Below, in pieces: positions 61,585 through 64,000 of a stretch of 64,000 bases of DNA (its first letter is position 1; each line of letters begins with the position of its first letter). The notes under the pieces were generated by a model, which made no database searches, was not told the origin of the DNA, and saw only the letters and a list, made by a program, of their open reading frames with translations. Location: assembly GCF_964355755.1 (NCBI RefSeq), contig NC_092679.1, positions 18,025,432-18,089,431 on the forward strand, read 5' to 3'. Source of the DNA: Antedon mediterranea. Taxonomy: Eukaryota; Animalia; Echinodermata. Position numbers and translations under genes: made by a program.

Positions 61585-62994
61585 CTAGTTAATATACATA
61601 GTGTCAGAGATTGCTTCAGCTATAGACTTCTTTTCTTTTACATGTCCATAGGCATATGCATATTCAGGGATATCTTCAAATGTGGCTTGTGTTTTTCCAG
61701 TAGTTTCTTGTGCATCATTTATTGGTAGAGAGGTTTGGTAGACAGGGGATTCTTCCATCTGTAAGTGTATTGCAGTTTGGGCTGGTTGGTTAAAATTTGC
61801 ATATGAATATTCATGATCTTTATTCAACATGGCACTATGATGACAACGAATCATATTCTGGTGTGAAAGAGTTTGTAATGAGATTTGTTCTGTAGATGAA
61901 ACATTTGGTACTAGATATTCTGATGGCATTAGCTCCACCACTTCATCTGTTTTGGTGAAATCATCTGGACTACATTGGGTTGACATGTCTTTATTTCTAT
62001 ACCCCTTTTTCTCTTTATTTCTTTTAGTTTTAAACTTTTTGTAGATAATAATTTTTATAATAATAATGACTATTAAAGCACACGTACCAATGATGTATAG
62101 AAAGGCATCATCCAGTTTTTCACCTATTTTTTTGTTTTTATTATCAGTATTATCTTCTGGTTGAATCTTGTATTTTGAAAATCCATGTACATCATTAGAA
62201 GATGTCACATGACATTGCAACACACTGTCAGTCATTTCATCAGTGATGTTCAAATTGAGTTGTGATGTGTTGCCCAGTAGATTGGTATTGTCTTTTGTCC
62301 AGTTGTATTTGCATTCAGAACAATTATGTCCAGTTTTACATTGAAAAACAGATATCTCTCCAATTTGAAGATTATCATTGGCAACAATTGTCACGTTGAT
62401 TACGACTTCAATGGCCTTAAAATCACAGATTTCATCTATCTTATGAACATGTAGTGTCATTTGACATGAAAATTCCCCCTTATCATCTTCTTCTGTAATC
62501 AACCATGTGTTTTTGCGAGTAATATGAGTACTATTTCTGAAGTCTTCCCCGTCCTCTGAAAAGCCTATCCATCGTAGTGTAGGGTTTAGGTTCATGTGTT
62601 CAACTTGACAGACAGCAGTCATATATTCACCAACAGTATAAGTGGGTATTTTTGAAAAACAAGACTGTTTTGGAAGAACAGTCAGGTAGGCGATGTCAGA
62701 TTCCTGGATTAATTCTGTTTCAAAGTAAACTTTACATTTGTACTTGCCCGAGTGTGTTGGCTTCACTTTTGAAAATTCCAATTTAAACTGTATTTGTCGC
62801 CCTTCTTGTTCTTTGAATACGCTGTCTTCATTTTTTATCCATTCAACCTTGTAATATTGTACTTTGCCATTAATAATACATTTTAATGTTTCTTCTTCAT
62901 CTTCAAGAACTGTGACATTTGATATTGTAGTCGTTGATGTTTTTCCCAGTCTAATTGTAGTCATGATGATAATGGTAATTATAAGGAAAGACAT
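61585..62994 (-). CDS. Ig receptor D: intact single-exon 3-Ig type I membrane protein with an A-type ectodomain and B/C-type tail
   Basis: Signal MSFLIITIIIMTTIRLG (likely ATG 62994). Ig1-3 are colinear with A. TM AFLYIIGTCALIVIIIIKIIIY. Tail EYLVP..EYSYANF..VYQTSL..EYAYAYGHV. Confidence 0.87.
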   Translation of the reverse strand: MSFLIITIIIMTTIRLGKTSTTTISNVTVLEDEEETLKCIINGKVQYYKVEWIKNEDSVFKEQEGRQIQFKLEFSKVKPTHSGKYKCKVYFETELIQESDIAYLTVLPKQSCFSKIPTYTVGEYMTAVCQVEHMNLNPTLRWIGFSEDGEDFRNSTHITRKNTWLITEEDDKGEFSCQMTLHVHKIDEICDFKAIEVVINVTIVANDNLQIGEISVFQCKTGHNCSECKYNWTKDNTNLLGNTSQLNLNITDEMTDSVLQCHVTSSNDVHGFSKYKIQPEDNTDNKNKKIGEKLDDAFLYIIGTCALIVIIIIKIIIYKKFKTKRNKEKKGYRNKDMSTQCSPDDFTKTDEVVELMPSEYLVPNVSSTEQISLQTLSHQNMIRCHHSAMLNKDHEYSYANFNQPAQTAIHLQMEESPVYQTSLPINDAQETTGKTQATFEDIPEYAYAYGHVKEKKSIAEAISDTMYIN

Positions 62995-63024
62995 CTTTTT
63001 AGCTACCATGAAAAAGGTGCACAC

Positions 63025-64000
63025 AGCAGTGTGTCACATAACAGAATGGAAAGCAAAAAAGTAAAGTAGATACTGTAGATAGAGGGTGCTATTTACACTG
63101 GCTATAATAATGGACATTGTAATATATTCATATTAGCAATTTAACGACTGGATTAGAGACGAATAAAGGAGTTCTACAAGATGGCTGAACATCAGCACAT
63201 GGTCTAATTTTTTTCTTAGTAAAATACTTAGTGTTATCATTCATTCTAAGAGCACAATATATAACAGACATGTTGATACCTGTTGTTGATGAAATATGAA
63301 ACCAGATTTATTGAAACATTTATTTCCTTAATTACAAGACGTATATTTAAGTTCTAGGTACAAAAAGCAATATAAAAACGGTATTGACAAATGTTACAAC
63401 TTGCAAATGACTACTCATCAGCTTTGTGCATCCTCTAAACATCTATTGACAGTTCCATCTATTCAGCATAAAACCAATACACCAATACATGGTCAACATG
63501 CCTTTCAAGCCCCTCTTGTGTGGAACTCATTACCATTTTATGTTTGTAACCTACTTTTCTTTAAAGTCAATTTAAAATCACATCTTTTTCAGGTTTTTTA
63601 TTTAGAAGCTTGCGTTATTTTCAAGTGCCTTGCTAAGTTTTTGAATTTGATATATACATTTCTGTTATTATTATTATTATTATTCCAATAAATTTGTTTT
63701 TGATCATTTTGTAATATGTCAGTTTCCATTTGCTACTATTGGGATGAGATTCCTCGCTTTCCACCCATACACAGAATTAATGGTTTCTAATTCAAGGCGC
63801 TGACTGACGACACATTGATTGACCTGACATAGTTTGGCCGTCCGTCGTTTTTTTTGTCACTTTTATTTATTACGTAATATGCAATACTACTGCATACACA
63901 GACTTAGTAAATTGTAAATTTTTCTGTTAAACCTGTACTGCAACTACTGTATATTCAATGGCGCAGATCTGTTTCGAAAGGTGAGGTTGTGGTACGATTA
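63025..64000. repeat. Upstream flank of D duplicated with that of A (52888-53410), including a shared L2 3' fragment
   Basis: Shared blocks: gtgtgtcacat..acagaatggaaag, atagagggtgctattt, tttattgaaacattta, ttaaaatcaca, gatcattttgtaatatgtcagtttccatttgctactattgggatg, aggttgtggtacgatta. Confidence 0.85.

Overview
AT-rich, intron-rich animal genomic DNA, probably a marine invertebrate deuterostome (inferred, not proven). It is not prokaryotic and has no CRISPR, rRNA or clear tRNA gene. Genes reconstructed by hand from splice sites: a probable SELENOW first coding exon (-, left edge), an intronless TSSK-family kinase (+), a 5-exon PIG-H gene (+), a 4-exon SLC25A29-like mitochondrial carrier (-), and, head-to-head with it, nephrocystin-1/NPHP1 (+, 23 coding exons traced, 3' end not found in the window). 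The most notable feature starts after the last NPHP1 exon seen (49731), apparently inside an intron. It is an antisense tandem cluster of single-exon genes for 3-Ig-domain type I membrane receptors with Tyr-rich tails: two intact, two frameshifted, plus remnants. The copies are mosaics of two ectodomain types and two tail types joined through a shared membrane-proximal Ig domain, which suggests a rapidly evolving immune or recognition receptor family. Also present: an L2/CR1-group LINE ORF with a 2A-like motif and an in-frame loss of its RT core, a Myb-only Harbinger element, Kolobok-like and other MITEs, tRNA-derived repeats and minisatellites. All family calls come from remembered motifs, not database searches.
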